Source: Anaerolineales bacterium (GTDB taxonomy: Bacteria > Chloroflexota > Anaerolineae > Anaerolineales > UBA4823). From it: 58,289 nucleotides of DNA. Shown here in pieces: positions 8,893 to 22,127 of the stretch; the stretch's first letter is position 1, and every line of letters begins with the position of its first letter. Location: positions 1 to 58,289 of the forward strand of contig DATDRQ010000310.1 of NCBI GenBank assembly GCA_035291645.1, written 5' to 3'. The position numbers were made by a program, and so were the translations under genes. The notes below the pieces were generated by a model that was given only the letters and a program-made list of their open reading frames with translations, made no database searches and was not told where the DNA came from.

Positions 8893-10830
8893 TTATTTCC
8901 GCACGAAGATATGAATGGAAGCCTCATCCCGGCAGGGGGCGGTCGGTAAGGTCGGTTGGAGTTCGTCGAAGTCACTGCTCTCGGTCAGCTCGCCCAGCCA
9001 GCCGCCAAAGAGCCGCTCCTCGATTAGAATCACATCCGCATCATTTGCCCACCGTTTCGCCAGGTCTTCATTCCAAAAGCCGTATCTGGACAAGTCATCC
9101 GGGTCGCCGTCAAGCCGCAAGGTATAGGAGCTGTTGATCTGAGGCGGGAAAATCGAAGCATCCCTCAGGTAGAGCAGAGGCACAGCGGAGTTCCCCCCAC
9201 TCCAATAAACCAGGGCGCCAGCGGGGACAGAACCAGCCAGCTGCGCACCAACCTGATCGAACCGCTCGATCACATCCCCATCGCAGTCATAGTTGCGGTA
9301 GCCACTCCCCAATACGACGCTGGGCGAGAGCACCAGCCCGGCGACCAGCAGCACCGTGATCGCCATCCATCCAGCGGAGAGTTCCGTACCTGCCCGCCTG
9401 AGCCTGAGAAGGCGAACGATCGCCCAGGCGACTAACAGGATCAGCACCCCAAACAGGAAGCCCGATATGCTGGGCAAGGCCCGCCGCGAGAATTGTTCGA
9501 AAGCTCTCTCTTCCAGACCGGATTTCGCCTGCAGGATGGCGCGCAACTCCACCGTCCCCGGCAGAATGCGTAATGCTTTCATCCGGGGTACTTGCAGATC
9601 GAGCAGATCTTGCAAGGGGGCTTCGATATCCGCAAAAGCCGCATAGCCGATGCCGGCAGCCAAAACCAGGACCAACAGAATCAATACGACGAGCCGCAGG
9701 CCACCAACCTCTCTCCGCCAGGAACCGGCCGAGGTCGCCAGCAATACCAGGCCAACATAAGAGAAGAATCCCAGGTAAAGCGGGAAGCAGAAGACGCAGT
9801 AATTCTTCCCCATGACATCGTGAGACTGCGGGTTTAATCCTAGCGAGGCCCAGGCGTGCAGAAAAAATAGCAGGAAGAACAGTAGCACCAGGAAAACACT
9901 CGCCCGAAAGTGGCTCTCGCTCTTCCAATCGCGCCGGCGCGGCCAGAGCAGCAGCGAAGCCAGCACCCCGACAACTGCGATGAAGTGGAAGCGCAACCCC
10001 AGGAAGAAGCTCAGCAAGCGGCTGTCCAGGCCCGGGCGCGGGTTCCAGACCGGGGTGGCCTCCGGGGGTCGCCACGGAGCCAGGAACGGAGCCAACCCCT
10101 CCGGGGTCCAGGTAGCCCACAGCCTCAGAATTCCAGGCCAGTAGATAGCATGGCCGAGCGCCAGGACGAATCCACCGGCCAGGGTTGCCCACAATCCGGC
10201 CCGCCGCCCATGCTGCCAGAAGATGTAAGCCAGGATGATGGGCACCGCCGGGATGAGGTTCAACCGGGACAACCCCATCAGGCCTGCCAGGGTTGCGCCA
10301 AGCATGATCTGCCAGGTCGGGCGATCCTCTCCCAGGATGAGCGCCAGTACCCACACCAGCATGCAGGCGATCAGCACTTCCGAGATCGCCAGGCTGTAGA
10401 TCTTAATGTCCGCTGGGTTCAACACGACGGCGACCAGGACCCCCGCCGCCCACCATCTGCCCCCCATGCGCCGGACCGTGATCCACAGGCCCAGCAGCAT
10501 GAGCAAGCCCAGGAAGATGGCCAGGTACCGGCCCGTACGCAGGCCCGGGCCAAACAGGACCTGGGCATAACCCGGGATCAGGAACGCCAGCGGCATGTGG
10601 TTGCTCCACGGGCCGAAATCCTGGTAAGGCCAGTACTGGCCGGTAGCAAACAAATAGCCTTTGACCAGGTAGGATCCCTCGTCGAGGATCGACACCTGGG
10701 TGTGAGCGTAGAGAAACGCCTGGATCAGGTACACCACCCCGGCGAGCAACGCGATGCCTTCCGCCAGCCAGGGAACTCCGACGAGGGGGAGGCTTAGGTT
10801 ACTTTTCCCGCGGGGTCGCTCTCGAATCAC
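8893..10830 (-). CDS. GT-C-like membrane glycosyltransferase, tandem paralog 1
   Basis: ILDEGSYL loop motif after TM1. Long collinear similarity to 10844-12763. GTG at 10830 is preceded by GAGGAAA and matches the paralog's N-terminal length; the track start 10878 overlaps the upstream gene by 35 nt. Confidence 0.7.
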   Translation of the reverse strand: MIRERPRGKSNLSLPLVGVPWLAEGIALLAGVVYLIQAFLYAHTQVSILDEGSYLVKGYLFATGQYWPYQDFGPWSNHMPLAFLIPGYAQVLFGPGLRTGRYLAIFLGLLMLLGLWITVRRMGGRWWAAGVLVAVVLNPADIKIYSLAISEVLIACMLVWVLALILGEDRPTWQIMLGATLAGLMGLSRLNLIPAVPIILAYIFWQHGRRAGLWATLAGGFVLALGHAIYWPGILRLWATWTPEGLAPFLAPWRPPEATPVWNPRPGLDSRLLSFFLGLRFHFIAVVGVLASLLLWPRRRDWKSESHFRASVFLVLLFFLLFFLHAWASLGLNPQSHDVMGKNYCVFCFPLYLGFFSYVGLVLLATSAGSWRREVGGLRLVVLILLVLVLAAGIGYAAFADIEAPLQDLLDLQVPRMKALRILPGTVELRAILQAKSGLEERAFEQFSRRALPSISGFLFGVLILLVAWAIVRLLRLRRAGTELSAGWMAITVLLVAGLVLSPSVVLGSGYRNYDCDGDVIERFDQVGAQLAGSVPAGALVYWSGGNSAVPLLYLRDASIFPPQINSSYTLRLDGDPDDLSRYGFWNEDLAKRWANDADVILIEERLFGGWLGELTESSDFDELQPTLPTAPCRDEASIHIFVRK

Positions 10831-10843
10831 AGGATTTCCTCGC

Positions 10844-12762
10844 TCAGCGCAACCGTTTGAATATGCGGAGGCTGGCATCCTCCCGGCAAGATAAGGTCGG
10901 CTGGGTCACTGCCACCTGCTGGAAACGATTTGGATCTGACAATTCTTCTTTCAACCAGCCCTCGTAGAAGCGTTCCTGGACGAGTGTGAAATCCGCCTCA
11001 TCAAGCCAGCGTTCCGCCAGCGGCTGGTTCCAAAATCCGTAGTTCAACAGTTCTTGTGGGTCGCCGTCCAGGCGGAAAGTATATCCGTCGAATATCTGGG
11101 GCGGGTAGACCTGCACACCTGGCAGGTAGAGCAGGGGTACCGCCGAGAGACCGCCCTGCCAGTAGACCGTAGACCCTGGCGGGACTTGCTCCGTTAGCGA
11201 CGTGCCGACCGCTTCATAGGAGGCGATCACATCCCCCCCGCAATCGTAGGTGCGGAAACCGGCGCCCAAAGCAACGGTTGGGGTGAGCGCCAACCCGGCG
11301 ATCAGAAAGCCAACCAGCGCCAGCGCGCCAAAACTCCTGGATGCCGGTGGGTGTCCTGATCGCTCGCCTCGCTTCCAGACGAACGCACTGGCCCCCAGGA
11401 TCAATAATCCGGCGGCAAGGCCGCCCAGGGCGGGCAGCAGGCGCCGGGCTTCTCCATACTTCAGATTGAAGTTGTTCTGCAGGTATTCCCATAGCGGCAC
11501 GGTACCGGGCAGCAGCTGCCCGGTCCGGATCAGCGTCCGCAGGCGAGGAATACGCCAGTCGAGCAACAGATCGCCCACGGGATCGAAGGCGCTGAAGCCG
11601 ATCCCGGCTGCCAGGAGCAGCACCAGGACGACGATGACCGCCTGTCTCCAGACAGATAGCTGCCAGCGCCAGGATGTCGCGCTGGCGGCGACCAACAGAA
11701 ACCCTAAAAAGGAAAAGAATGCCAGATAGACCGGGAAGCAGAATATGCAGTAGTTGCGCCCCAATGCATCGTAAGTCTGTGCGTTAACCCCTAAGGAAGC
11801 CCAGGCGTGGGCAAAGAACAGGACACCCAGCAGGCTGAGCAGCAGGACGCTGGCCTTGAATTTAAATTCGCTCTTCCACCGGCCCCTGGGAGGCCACAGG
11901 TATAGGGCGGTCAGCGCCCCGGCCAGGGCGACGAAGTGAAAACGGAAGCCGAGCAGGAAACTATAGATGCGGCTCTCCAACCCCACCTCTGGATTCCAGA
12001 TCGGGGTGGCGCGCGGCGGTCGCCAGGGGGCCAGGAAAGGCGCCAGGCGTTCCGGCAGCCAGGCCGCCCACTGGCGCAGGATGCCCGGCCAGAACAGTGC
12101 GTGACCGAGCAGGAAAACGCCCAGGCCCGCCAGAATTGCCAAACCACCTGCCCGCCTGCCATGCTGCCAGAAGATGTATGCGAGCAGGATGGGCAGCACC
12201 GGGAACAGGTTGAGGCGGGTGAGGACGACGGCCCCCGCCAGGGCAGCTCCCAGGCTGATCTGCCACAGCTTTAAGCCTTCGCCTACAGTCAGCGCCAGCA
12301 TCCATACCAGCATGCAGGCGACCAGCACCTGTGCGTTCATCAGGCTGTACATTTTCACCAGCGCCGGATTGATCGCCACCAGCAGGACCGCGGCCGCTGC
12401 CCACCACCGTCCTCCCAACCGGCGCGCCGTCAGCCACAGCCCAAGCAGCATCAGCAGGCCCAGGACGATCGCCAGGTAGCGACCGGTGCGGATTCCCGGC
12501 TCAGAGAGTACCTGAACAATGCCTGGAACCATAAAAGAAAGAGGCATGTGGTTCGTCCAGAAACCGAAATCCTGGAATGGGTGGTATTTTCCTTGAGCGA
12601 ACAGCTGGCCGATGAAGAGATAAGCGCCCTCGTCGACCAATGAAGCCTGCGTGTGGGCGTAGATCCAGGACTGGAGCAGGTAGATCAGGCCTCCGGCGAG
12701 AGCGGCGACATCCGCCAGGCCCGATCGGGCCCAGCGAGCTTCCCAGACCAGCGCGTTCTGCA

Positions 12763-12763
<1 letters not shown>
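10844..12763 (-). CDS. GT-C-like membrane glycosyltransferase, tandem paralog 2
   Basis: LVDEGAYL loop motif; blocks RTGRYLAIVLGLLMLLGLW and LAYIFWQHGRRAG are shared with paralog 1. ATG at 12763 overlaps the gmd stop (TGATG); the track start 12766 is a TTG. Confidence 0.7.
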
Positions 12764-15380
<2,617 letters not shown>

Positions 15381-15426
15381 ACTCAATGAAGCTATCTAAC
15401 AGCTGCCTGGCTTTGTTTTGCCTGGA

Positions 15427-17130
15427 TCAAGGCTTTACCTTATAAATCTTGACGTACTCGACCCCGTCGATCCAGATCGTATGTTCTGGAGTCTTCGTTT
15501 CCAGGTAGTCGAACAGCGACCCCGGTATGTCCCGCTGCCACTGGTTGATATACACGACGATGTAATCAGCGGTATCGTACGTCAGCTGGACGTGTTCGGA
15601 GGAGCCAGACGGAAAAGGGATCTGCTCAGCCAGGATTTTATAGCTGGCGCTGTACCAGTCGAACGCCAGGGTGTACCAGGAGTAAATGAGGCGGTCCTGG
15701 ATCCCCGGGACCTGCCGCAAATATGTCGCCGCCTCATTCAAGCCCTCCCCCCAGCCCACCATCATCACCTCCTGCGCCTTTCGGCTGCCGCCCAGCAGTG
15801 GATTGTAATAGGTCAGGTAATAGGGATAATGCTGCAGAGTGCCAATCGCCTGAAACGCCAGAGCGGCCAGCAATATGATCCCCGCCAATACTTGTGCGGT
15901 CGGTTTTCGCAGTTTTCTGGTCGACCAGCTGGCGACCGCCACCCAGCCGAGGCCTGCGATCAGATCGAGGGGCAAATATACTGGAAGAAGGTAGCGATCG
16001 AACTTCTTGCTACCCAGGGTCATCAGCAAGGTGAACGCGACGATGAATAAGAACAGGCCGAGGACTGCGAAACGGGGATTGCGATCTGCGAGGGGAGGCC
16101 AGCGTTTCCAAATAGCCAATGTTGCCGCAGCTAGCCCGATCAAGATCACGGGGGTGCTGCGCCAGAGATAACTGAGCGGGTAAAAGTACCAGAAGTTCGA
16201 TGGGTCCGCCTCGCCTGCCTGGAAAGCCTCCACGAACTGCGCGCCTCCCAGCTCTCCCTCGGCTGAATCCAGGGTATAAGCCAAGGTTTGTGATAGGGTC
16301 GTGGCAGGATTCCTCCACAAAGCCGGCCAAAGCAGAAATACAACCAGCAGAGTGGTCCCTCCCCACAAGAGCAGCCCTGCTCCGGTTCTCCGGATCGAAG
16401 CAGCTCTTTCCTGATCGGAAAACTGCTTTTGCCGGAAAATGTCAAGGATGGTCAGCAGAAGCAAGAGCGGCGCCAGGATCACGGCCGGGGTCTTGGTGAG
16501 CAGGCTCAGCCCGGCAGCCATCCCGGATACGACCAGCGACCACCCGCGCCGGTTCTGCAGGAAATCCAGGTATGCCAGGACAGACAGGAACAGGAAACTG
16601 CTGAGCAGTCCGTCGACGTGCAGCAGGCGTGAGTGGGCCAGATAGAATGGGTCAAAGGCGATGAAAAGGCATCCGACCAGGGCTGGAATGAGGCCAAACA
16701 ACCGCCGGGCGAATATAAGCCCCAACAGAAAGGCGATCAGATTCATTAGAACGACCAGGGCGCGCGCCATCGCCAGCACTTCGATCGGGCGAGGCCCGTG
16801 CCGAAAGAAGAGCTGGAACAGCTTGGAATCGCCCATACGCACTTCGCCAACCCGAGCGTACTTCGGAAATTTCAAGTGAAAAGCACCCGCCCCAGCCCAC
16901 ATCGTGGTGACCCCGGGATGCGGCGAGAGGAAAGTAGCCGGGTAATCTCCTTTGGAAAGCGCCAGGTAAAATGTGGCCGAGCGTTTTCCCCAGGTTGGCT
17001 CATCGGCAGTCACGAAGCGCCCCAGGGCGACCAGGCGCGGCGCGGCGAAAGCCAGCCCCAATATAACCAGGAGCACCCCTCCCCCCAGCATCTTCCTGAT
17101 AGAAGTCGATGATACCCGGCTTCTATCCAT
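15427..17130 (-). CDS. GT-C fold glycosyltransferase, family 39 (ArnT/PMT-like)
   Basis: FVTADEPTWGKRS, HPGVTTMWAG, FDPFYLAHSRLLHVDGL, FDRYLLPVYLPLDL and YPYYLTYYNPLLGG..MMVGWGEGL are collinear with 964-2721. Confidence 0.85.
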   Translation of the reverse strand: MDRSRVSSTSIRKMLGGGVLLVILGLAFAAPRLVALGRFVTADEPTWGKRSATFYLALSKGDYPATFLSPHPGVTTMWAGAGAFHLKFPKYARVGEVRMGDSKLFQLFFRHGPRPIEVLAMARALVVLMNLIAFLLGLIFARRLFGLIPALVGCLFIAFDPFYLAHSRLLHVDGLLSSFLFLSVLAYLDFLQNRRGWSLVVSGMAAGLSLLTKTPAVILAPLLLLLTILDIFRQKQFSDQERAASIRRTGAGLLLWGGTTLLVVFLLWPALWRNPATTLSQTLAYTLDSAEGELGGAQFVEAFQAGEADPSNFWYFYPLSYLWRSTPVILIGLAAATLAIWKRWPPLADRNPRFAVLGLFLFIVAFTLLMTLGSKKFDRYLLPVYLPLDLIAGLGWVAVASWSTRKLRKPTAQVLAGIILLAALAFQAIGTLQHYPYYLTYYNPLLGGSRKAQEVMMVGWGEGLNEAATYLRQVPGIQDRLIYSWYTLAFDWYSASYKILAEQIPFPSGSSEHVQLTYDTADYIVVYINQWQRDIPGSLFDYLETKTPEHTIWIDGVEYVKIYKVKP

Positions 17131-17133
17131 AGA

Positions 17134-18357
17134 TTATCGGATTGGCTGGTCCGACCAGCCAGGTTGTGCGATAGTGGACAGTCCAGCGAGGAGGCGTTCG
17201 GCACGCGCCTCCCAGGAGTACTGTTTAGAATCCTGCCTGGCCCTGGCGCCGAGCGCCAGCCGACGTTCAACATCCATTTGCATTTGCAGGATGGCTTCAA
17301 CCCATCGATCCAGGTCGTCCGGCGGAAGGAGCACCGCGTTCTCGAGAGCTAGCACCTCCCTCAACACGGGCAAATCGCTGGAGAGGATGGCTCTCCCGCA
17401 GGCCAGGTACTCGAACAGTTTCATCGGGCTCAGGTAGCGGGCAATGTCCCCGCCTGAGGACGCCGCTACCTTGTGCTGGTAGGGCATCAACAACACGTCA
17501 CAGGCCGCCTGGTATTTGGGCAGTTCGGCGTTGGGGATGAAGCCGGTTAATATCAGGTTTTCCAAACCGCGCTCAGCCACACGCTCCTGAATCTTGTCCA
17601 CTTCCTCCGGTTCTCCCCCCATGAGCAGGAAATTAACCTCAGGCAAGCGCGCCGCCAGGTCGAGCATCAGCTCCACCCCGCGACCTGGATACAGGTGCCC
17701 CGAGTAGCCCGCAGTGAAGCGCTCCACCTGAAAAGCAGGCCTCTGGTTACCGAGAACCGAGCAGAGAGCCGGGCCGATCACCCGGCGTGCCTGCTCAGGG
17801 GGTGGCACATCCGCATAGCGGGAGAGATCGACCCCATCTGGAGCAACCATGATCAGGTCTCCCTCCGGCGGCAATTCGAGCGCCAGGGTGAGATCGGTCT
17901 TGAGGGTGGTCGAGATCAAGACTAACCGCCTCCTGCCGCGCCCGCGCAGGAACAGCTTGACCAGTCCCGGCCCCATTTTCCCGGTTGGCAGATCGTGCAA
18001 TTCGAGGATCGTTGGGATGCTTGCCAGACTGGCGAGAGCGGCTGCTTGCAGGAGGCGTGTGTAAACCAGGCTTGCCCCGCTGCCTTTCGCCCAACGAACC
18101 GATCTCCAGGCATAATCGTATTTGCGGGCGCGCGGACCGCAGGGCAGCTCGACGATCGGGAAGCGATGCTGGAGGCCATAGTGATTGGCCAGTTGGTCCC
18201 AATTTTCCGAGCTGCGCCCTGCCTGAGATGGAGCGCCTGGATACGCCAAATCTACCTCGATGCCAAGGGATACGAACGCCTGGGCCATCTTCATCACCTG
18301 GATAGTGTTGGCCGAGTTCGCCGGTATGTGGGTAGGGGCAATGACGGCGATCTTCAT
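17134..18357 (-). CDS. glycosyltransferase family 4 (GT-B, group 1)
   Basis: 407 aa. The C-terminal ..SPMKLFEYLACGRAILSSDLPVLREV.. is the EX7E-type motif of GT4 enzymes. ATGA overlap with the Wzx-like gene. Confidence 0.85.
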   Translation of the reverse strand: MKIAVIAPTHIPANSANTIQVMKMAQAFVSLGIEVDLAYPGAPSQAGRSSENWDQLANHYGLQHRFPIVELPCGPRARKYDYAWRSVRWAKGSGASLVYTRLLQAAALASLASIPTILELHDLPTGKMGPGLVKLFLRGRGRRRLVLISTTLKTDLTLALELPPEGDLIMVAPDGVDLSRYADVPPPEQARRVIGPALCSVLGNQRPAFQVERFTAGYSGHLYPGRGVELMLDLAARLPEVNFLLMGGEPEEVDKIQERVAERGLENLILTGFIPNAELPKYQAACDVLLMPYQHKVAASSGGDIARYLSPMKLFEYLACGRAILSSDLPVLREVLALENAVLLPPDDLDRWVEAILQMQMDVERRLALGARARQDSKQYSWEARAERLLAGLSTIAQPGWSDQPIR

Positions 18358-19712
18358 GCTAGGTCAGCCTGGCGTTCCAACAATACGGCGTATGACTTGC
18401 GGACGTTGAGGGATACCGAGAAAAGATAGAAAGCGGACAATAAAGCTGCGCTTCCCAGGTAGCCAAATACCGGCACGATCAACAAAATTCCGGCGACCTT
18501 GAGACCGGCCGCGATCAGGTTGACCTTGGTCGGGTAATCAGGCAACCCTAAAGACAATAGGGCGATCCGGTTCCAATAGAAGGTAGCCGCGACCACATAA
18601 CCGACCATCAGGAGCAGGATAGCCGGGTAGGCGGGTAAGAATTCCGGCGTATAAAAGATGCGGATGATAAGCGGCCCGAAGATCAGCAGCCCCAGGCTGG
18701 CTGCCAGGGAATATGCAAAAGCTAGCAGGCTACCCTGGCGCAGCACTTTCCGCAGGCTGGCCCAATCTCGCCGGGCTGCCTCACGAGATAGTTCTGGGTA
18801 GGTCGCTTGCGGGAGCGGGCTGACCGGCAGTTGCACCAGGTTGACCAGACTCAGGGCAAGCTTATAATACCCTGCCCCAGTAGGACTGCTTAATGCCGAG
18901 ACCCACAGCAGCTCACCGTCCTTGTTGACCAGGTTGATCGTGGCGCTGATATTCGTGCTGACCGCGAAACGCCCGACCTCGCCCAGGCGCTCCCTCAACA
19001 AGCCAAACGGAGACCTCCACCAACCGGGACCCCAGCGCTGGCCGGCTTCTGACAAGGCGATCAAGGTCAGGCTTAATGAACCAACCGTCTTCCCCGCCAT
19101 GTAAGCCAGCAGAACCTCCAGCAAGCCACCCTGGATGTAATATGCAACGCCAACCAGGATCAGGGTCAGCAGACTTTGCCCGACCGTTACGATTGCGATG
19201 GCCCTGTAACGGTCGAAGATCTGCAATAATCCCGTGGAGCTTTCGGACATGAAATTTGCCAGGACGATCAAACCATACAGGATAAACCACCCGGCCAGCC
19301 CGGCGTCTTTTGCGAAATAGCGTGCGCCAAGAGGCGCCAGCAGCCAGATCAGCCCGAATGCAAATATCGAGGTGAGCGTCTCTGTGACTCCAGCAGTCTT
19401 GAAAACAGCCGCCGCCCGGCGGCTGTCCCCGCTGACGGAAAATTCCCCCACATACTTGATCACCAGCTCGCTCATCCGGAAGGAGGCAAATTTATTCACG
19501 ACGCTGGTGAAGACCGTGATCGTCCCCAGGATGCCAAAATCCGTGACACCCAGCAGGCGAGCTGTCAGGATGCTCTGCAGCATACTCAGCCCGGCTGAGA
19601 GACCGGTCGCGCTGAACAGGTAGCCAGAATTGCGGAATACCCGCTGGATTAATTCATTTTCCAGGAAGCGGGGGAAGCGGCGCGCCAAGTTGATTGGAGG
19701 GGACTTTCGCAT
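18354..19712 (-). CDS. polysaccharide flippase (Wzx-type, MOP superfamily)
   Basis: 452 aa, about 12-14 TM helices, with the N-terminal pattern typical of polysaccharide biosynthesis proteins. Confidence 0.75.
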   Translation of the reverse strand: MRKSPPINLARRFPRFLENELIQRVFRNSGYLFSATGLSAGLSMLQSILTARLLGVTDFGILGTITVFTSVVNKFASFRMSELVIKYVGEFSVSGDSRRAAAVFKTAGVTETLTSIFAFGLIWLLAPLGARYFAKDAGLAGWFILYGLIVLANFMSESSTGLLQIFDRYRAIAIVTVGQSLLTLILVGVAYYIQGGLLEVLLAYMAGKTVGSLSLTLIALSEAGQRWGPGWWRSPFGLLRERLGEVGRFAVSTNISATINLVNKDGELLWVSALSSPTGAGYYKLALSLVNLVQLPVSPLPQATYPELSREAARRDWASLRKVLRQGSLLAFAYSLAASLGLLIFGPLIIRIFYTPEFLPAYPAILLLMVGYVVAATFYWNRIALLSLGLPDYPTKVNLIAAGLKVAGILLIVPVFGYLGSAALLSAFYLFSVSLNVRKSYAVLLERQADLA

Positions 19713-19739
19713 CGGGGGATTGTGCTGGCTGCCCGGAGA

Positions 19740-20735
19740 TCAATCGGTCTCTACTTGGCACGCCCATTCCCGTTCGGCTTCATACCAGGCGATCAGCTCA
19801 GCCAGGCCCTGGCGAAGCGACACCTGTGGGCGCCATCCCAACAGCTCTTCAGCCTTCTCTACGTTAGCCAGGTTGGCGTGCATATCCGCCGGATGTGCAG
19901 GCCGCCATTCGATCTGAGCTTTGTGACCGATCAGCTCCTCCATCAAGCGAATGAGATCGTTGATCTTAACCGATTCGTGCCCGCCTAAGTTTATGATCTC
20001 GAAACCTACCGGCCGGAGCCCCAGGATCGTCCCTCGTGCGATGTCATCGATGTAGGTAAACCCGCGAGTCTGTTCTCCATCCCCGTTGAGTTTCACCGGA
20101 CGCCCCTCGCGGATCCATTGAGCGAAGCGGAACATGACCATATCCGGTCTGCCAGCCGGCCCGTAGACCGTAAAGTAGCGAAAAACCGTCACGTCGACGC
20201 CGTAGAGAAAATGGTAAGCATGGCACATCACCTCGGCGCCTTTCTTGCTGGCCGCATAAGGCTGCAGCGGGTGATCGCTATCTGCCTCCTCGGGGGTCGG
20301 TAGCGGCGCCCTGGCACCGTAAAGGCTGGAGGTTGAAGCCAGGATGAACTTCCTGATCCCGTGTGTCCGGCAGAGTTCGAGCAAATTGAGCGTCCCGGTT
20401 ACGTTGGTGTCAACATAAACCCATGGGTTCTCCACGGATTGGCGCACCCCAGCCCGGGCAGCCAGATTAATTACAGCAGAAAATCCGGGGAAATGAGGCT
20501 GCGAATAGGCTCCCTTTGCCAGGTCCTGTACCGCCAGGTTGTCGGAAATATCCAGCCGGGTGAACTGGAAGCCCGGCCGATCGAGCAGCCTGGCGAGGCG
20601 GTATTCTTTCATCCGTAGATCATAGGCGTCGTTGAGGTTATCGACGCCACTAACCTGGTGGCCATCGTCCAGGAGCATTGCAGCCAGGCGGGCGGCGATG
20701 AAACCTGCGACACCGGTGACGAGGAAATATGCCAT
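19740..20735 (-). CDS. NAD-dependent nucleotide-sugar 4-epimerase (UDP-glucuronate / UDP-GlcNAcA 4-epimerase-like, TviC/Cap1J type)
   Basis: LVTGVAGFIAARLA..GVDNLNDAYDLRMKEYRL is the N-terminal signature of the UDP-uronate 4-epimerase subgroup. YAASKKGAE is the catalytic YxxxK. Confidence 0.75.
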   Translation of the reverse strand: MAYFLVTGVAGFIAARLAAMLLDDGHQVSGVDNLNDAYDLRMKEYRLARLLDRPGFQFTRLDISDNLAVQDLAKGAYSQPHFPGFSAVINLAARAGVRQSVENPWVYVDTNVTGTLNLLELCRTHGIRKFILASTSSLYGARAPLPTPEEADSDHPLQPYAASKKGAEVMCHAYHFLYGVDVTVFRYFTVYGPAGRPDMVMFRFAQWIREGRPVKLNGDGEQTRGFTYIDDIARGTILGLRPVGFEIINLGGHESVKINDLIRLMEELIGHKAQIEWRPAHPADMHANLANVEKAEELLGWRPQVSLRQGLAELIAWYEAEREWACQVETD

Positions 20736-20798
20736 GGTCTGCCCTTTATGATTCTCCAGTCGTTTCGTTGACAGGGAACCCGGTCACGGGTGCGCGTC

Positions 20799-22118
20799 TC
20801 ACAACCGGACCACGCGGGAGCTTTTGCGCCCCATCTGACCGAGCGCGTTGCGAGTATCCACAATCAACCTGGCGCTCTCCAGCAGTTTGGGATAGTCGTA
20901 GGCTTTGTGGTTCGTGATGATCACCACGCAGTCGGCCTCCTGCGCCGCCCGGATCGCGTCCGGCACGCTGTGGAGATCCAAATCGTCTTGCTGAATGCGC
21001 GGGATATACGGATCGTGATAGCTGACCTCGGCGCCTTTTTGCCGCAGCAGACCGATCACATCCAGGGCTGGCGACTCCCTCAAATCGTCGACATCCGGCT
21101 TATAGGCGGCTCCCAAAACCAGTACGTGGCTGCCCTTGATGGGTTTTGTCTGGTCGTTTAATGCATCCTGAATCTTGTTCACTACGTAGCGCGGCATCCC
21201 AGTGTTGATCTCCGAAGCCAAATCGATGAAACGGGCAGTATAGTTGAGCGTGCGCAGTTTCCAGGAGAGGTAGAGCGGATCGATGGGGATGCAGTGACCG
21301 CCTAGACCGGGTCCCGGGGTAAATCTCATGAATCCGAACGGCTTGGTTGCGGCTGCATCGATCACCTCCCAGACATCGATCCCCAGACGGTCGCACATGA
21401 TCGCCATCTCGTTGACCAGGCCGATGTTGATCATCCGGAAGGTATTCTCCAGCAGTTTCGTCATCTCCGCGCTCTCGGTTGAAGAGACCGAGACGATGGT
21501 CTTAAGCGCCAGCTGGTACCAGCTGGCGGCGACCTCGGTGCAAGCCGCGGTTATGCCTCCGATCACCTTGGGAGTATTGTAGGTCGTCCAGTCTTCCCGT
21601 CCGGGATCGACCCGTTCGGGCGAGAAAGCCAGGAAGAAGTCTTCGCCAACGGTGAGACCGGACTGCTCGGTCAACGTTGGCAGCAGGATCTCGCGCGTCG
21701 TCCCGGGATAGGTGGTCGATTCGAGCACGATCACCAATCCGGCATGGATGTGCTCCGCCAGTTCCCTGGTCGCGTCTAATATAAAGGAGAGATCGGGGTC
21801 GCCGGTCTTGCGCAGCGGGGTAGGAACGCAAATACTGACAGCATCCGCCTGCTTTAATACGGTGAAATCTGTGGTCGCCTTCAGCTTCCCGGAGGCGACC
21901 AGCCGGGCAACCTGTTCGCCGGGGACATCCATGATGTAACTTTCCCCGCGACAAAGCGCTTCTACCTTGTGCGCATTCAAATCTACTCCGATAACATTAA
22001 AACCAGCCTCTGCGAACAGAGTCGCCAGCGGCAGGCCAACATAGCCCATACCGACAACGACAACGTTCGCCTGGCGTTGCTGTAAGCGTTCTATCAATGT
22101 CTCGCGTGCAGAACTCAT
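20799..22118 (-). CDS. nucleotide-sugar 6-dehydrogenase (WbpA/TviB-like, probably UDP-GlcNAc 6-dehydrogenase)
   Basis: VVVGMGYVGLPLATLFAEAGFNVIGVDLN; about 20-aa N-terminal extension and 439-aa length typical of the UDP-N-acetyl-hexosamine dehydrogenase branch. Confidence 0.85.
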   Translation of the reverse strand: MSSARETLIERLQQRQANVVVVGMGYVGLPLATLFAEAGFNVIGVDLNAHKVEALCRGESYIMDVPGEQVARLVASGKLKATTDFTVLKQADAVSICVPTPLRKTGDPDLSFILDATRELAEHIHAGLVIVLESTTYPGTTREILLPTLTEQSGLTVGEDFFLAFSPERVDPGREDWTTYNTPKVIGGITAACTEVAASWYQLALKTIVSVSSTESAEMTKLLENTFRMINIGLVNEMAIMCDRLGIDVWEVIDAAATKPFGFMRFTPGPGLGGHCIPIDPLYLSWKLRTLNYTARFIDLASEINTGMPRYVVNKIQDALNDQTKPIKGSHVLVLGAAYKPDVDDLRESPALDVIGLLRQKGAEVSYHDPYIPRIQQDDLDLHSVPDAIRAAQEADCVVIITNHKAYDYPKLLESARLIVDTRNALGQMGRKSSRVVRL

Positions 22119-22127
22119 TCGTTCCTC

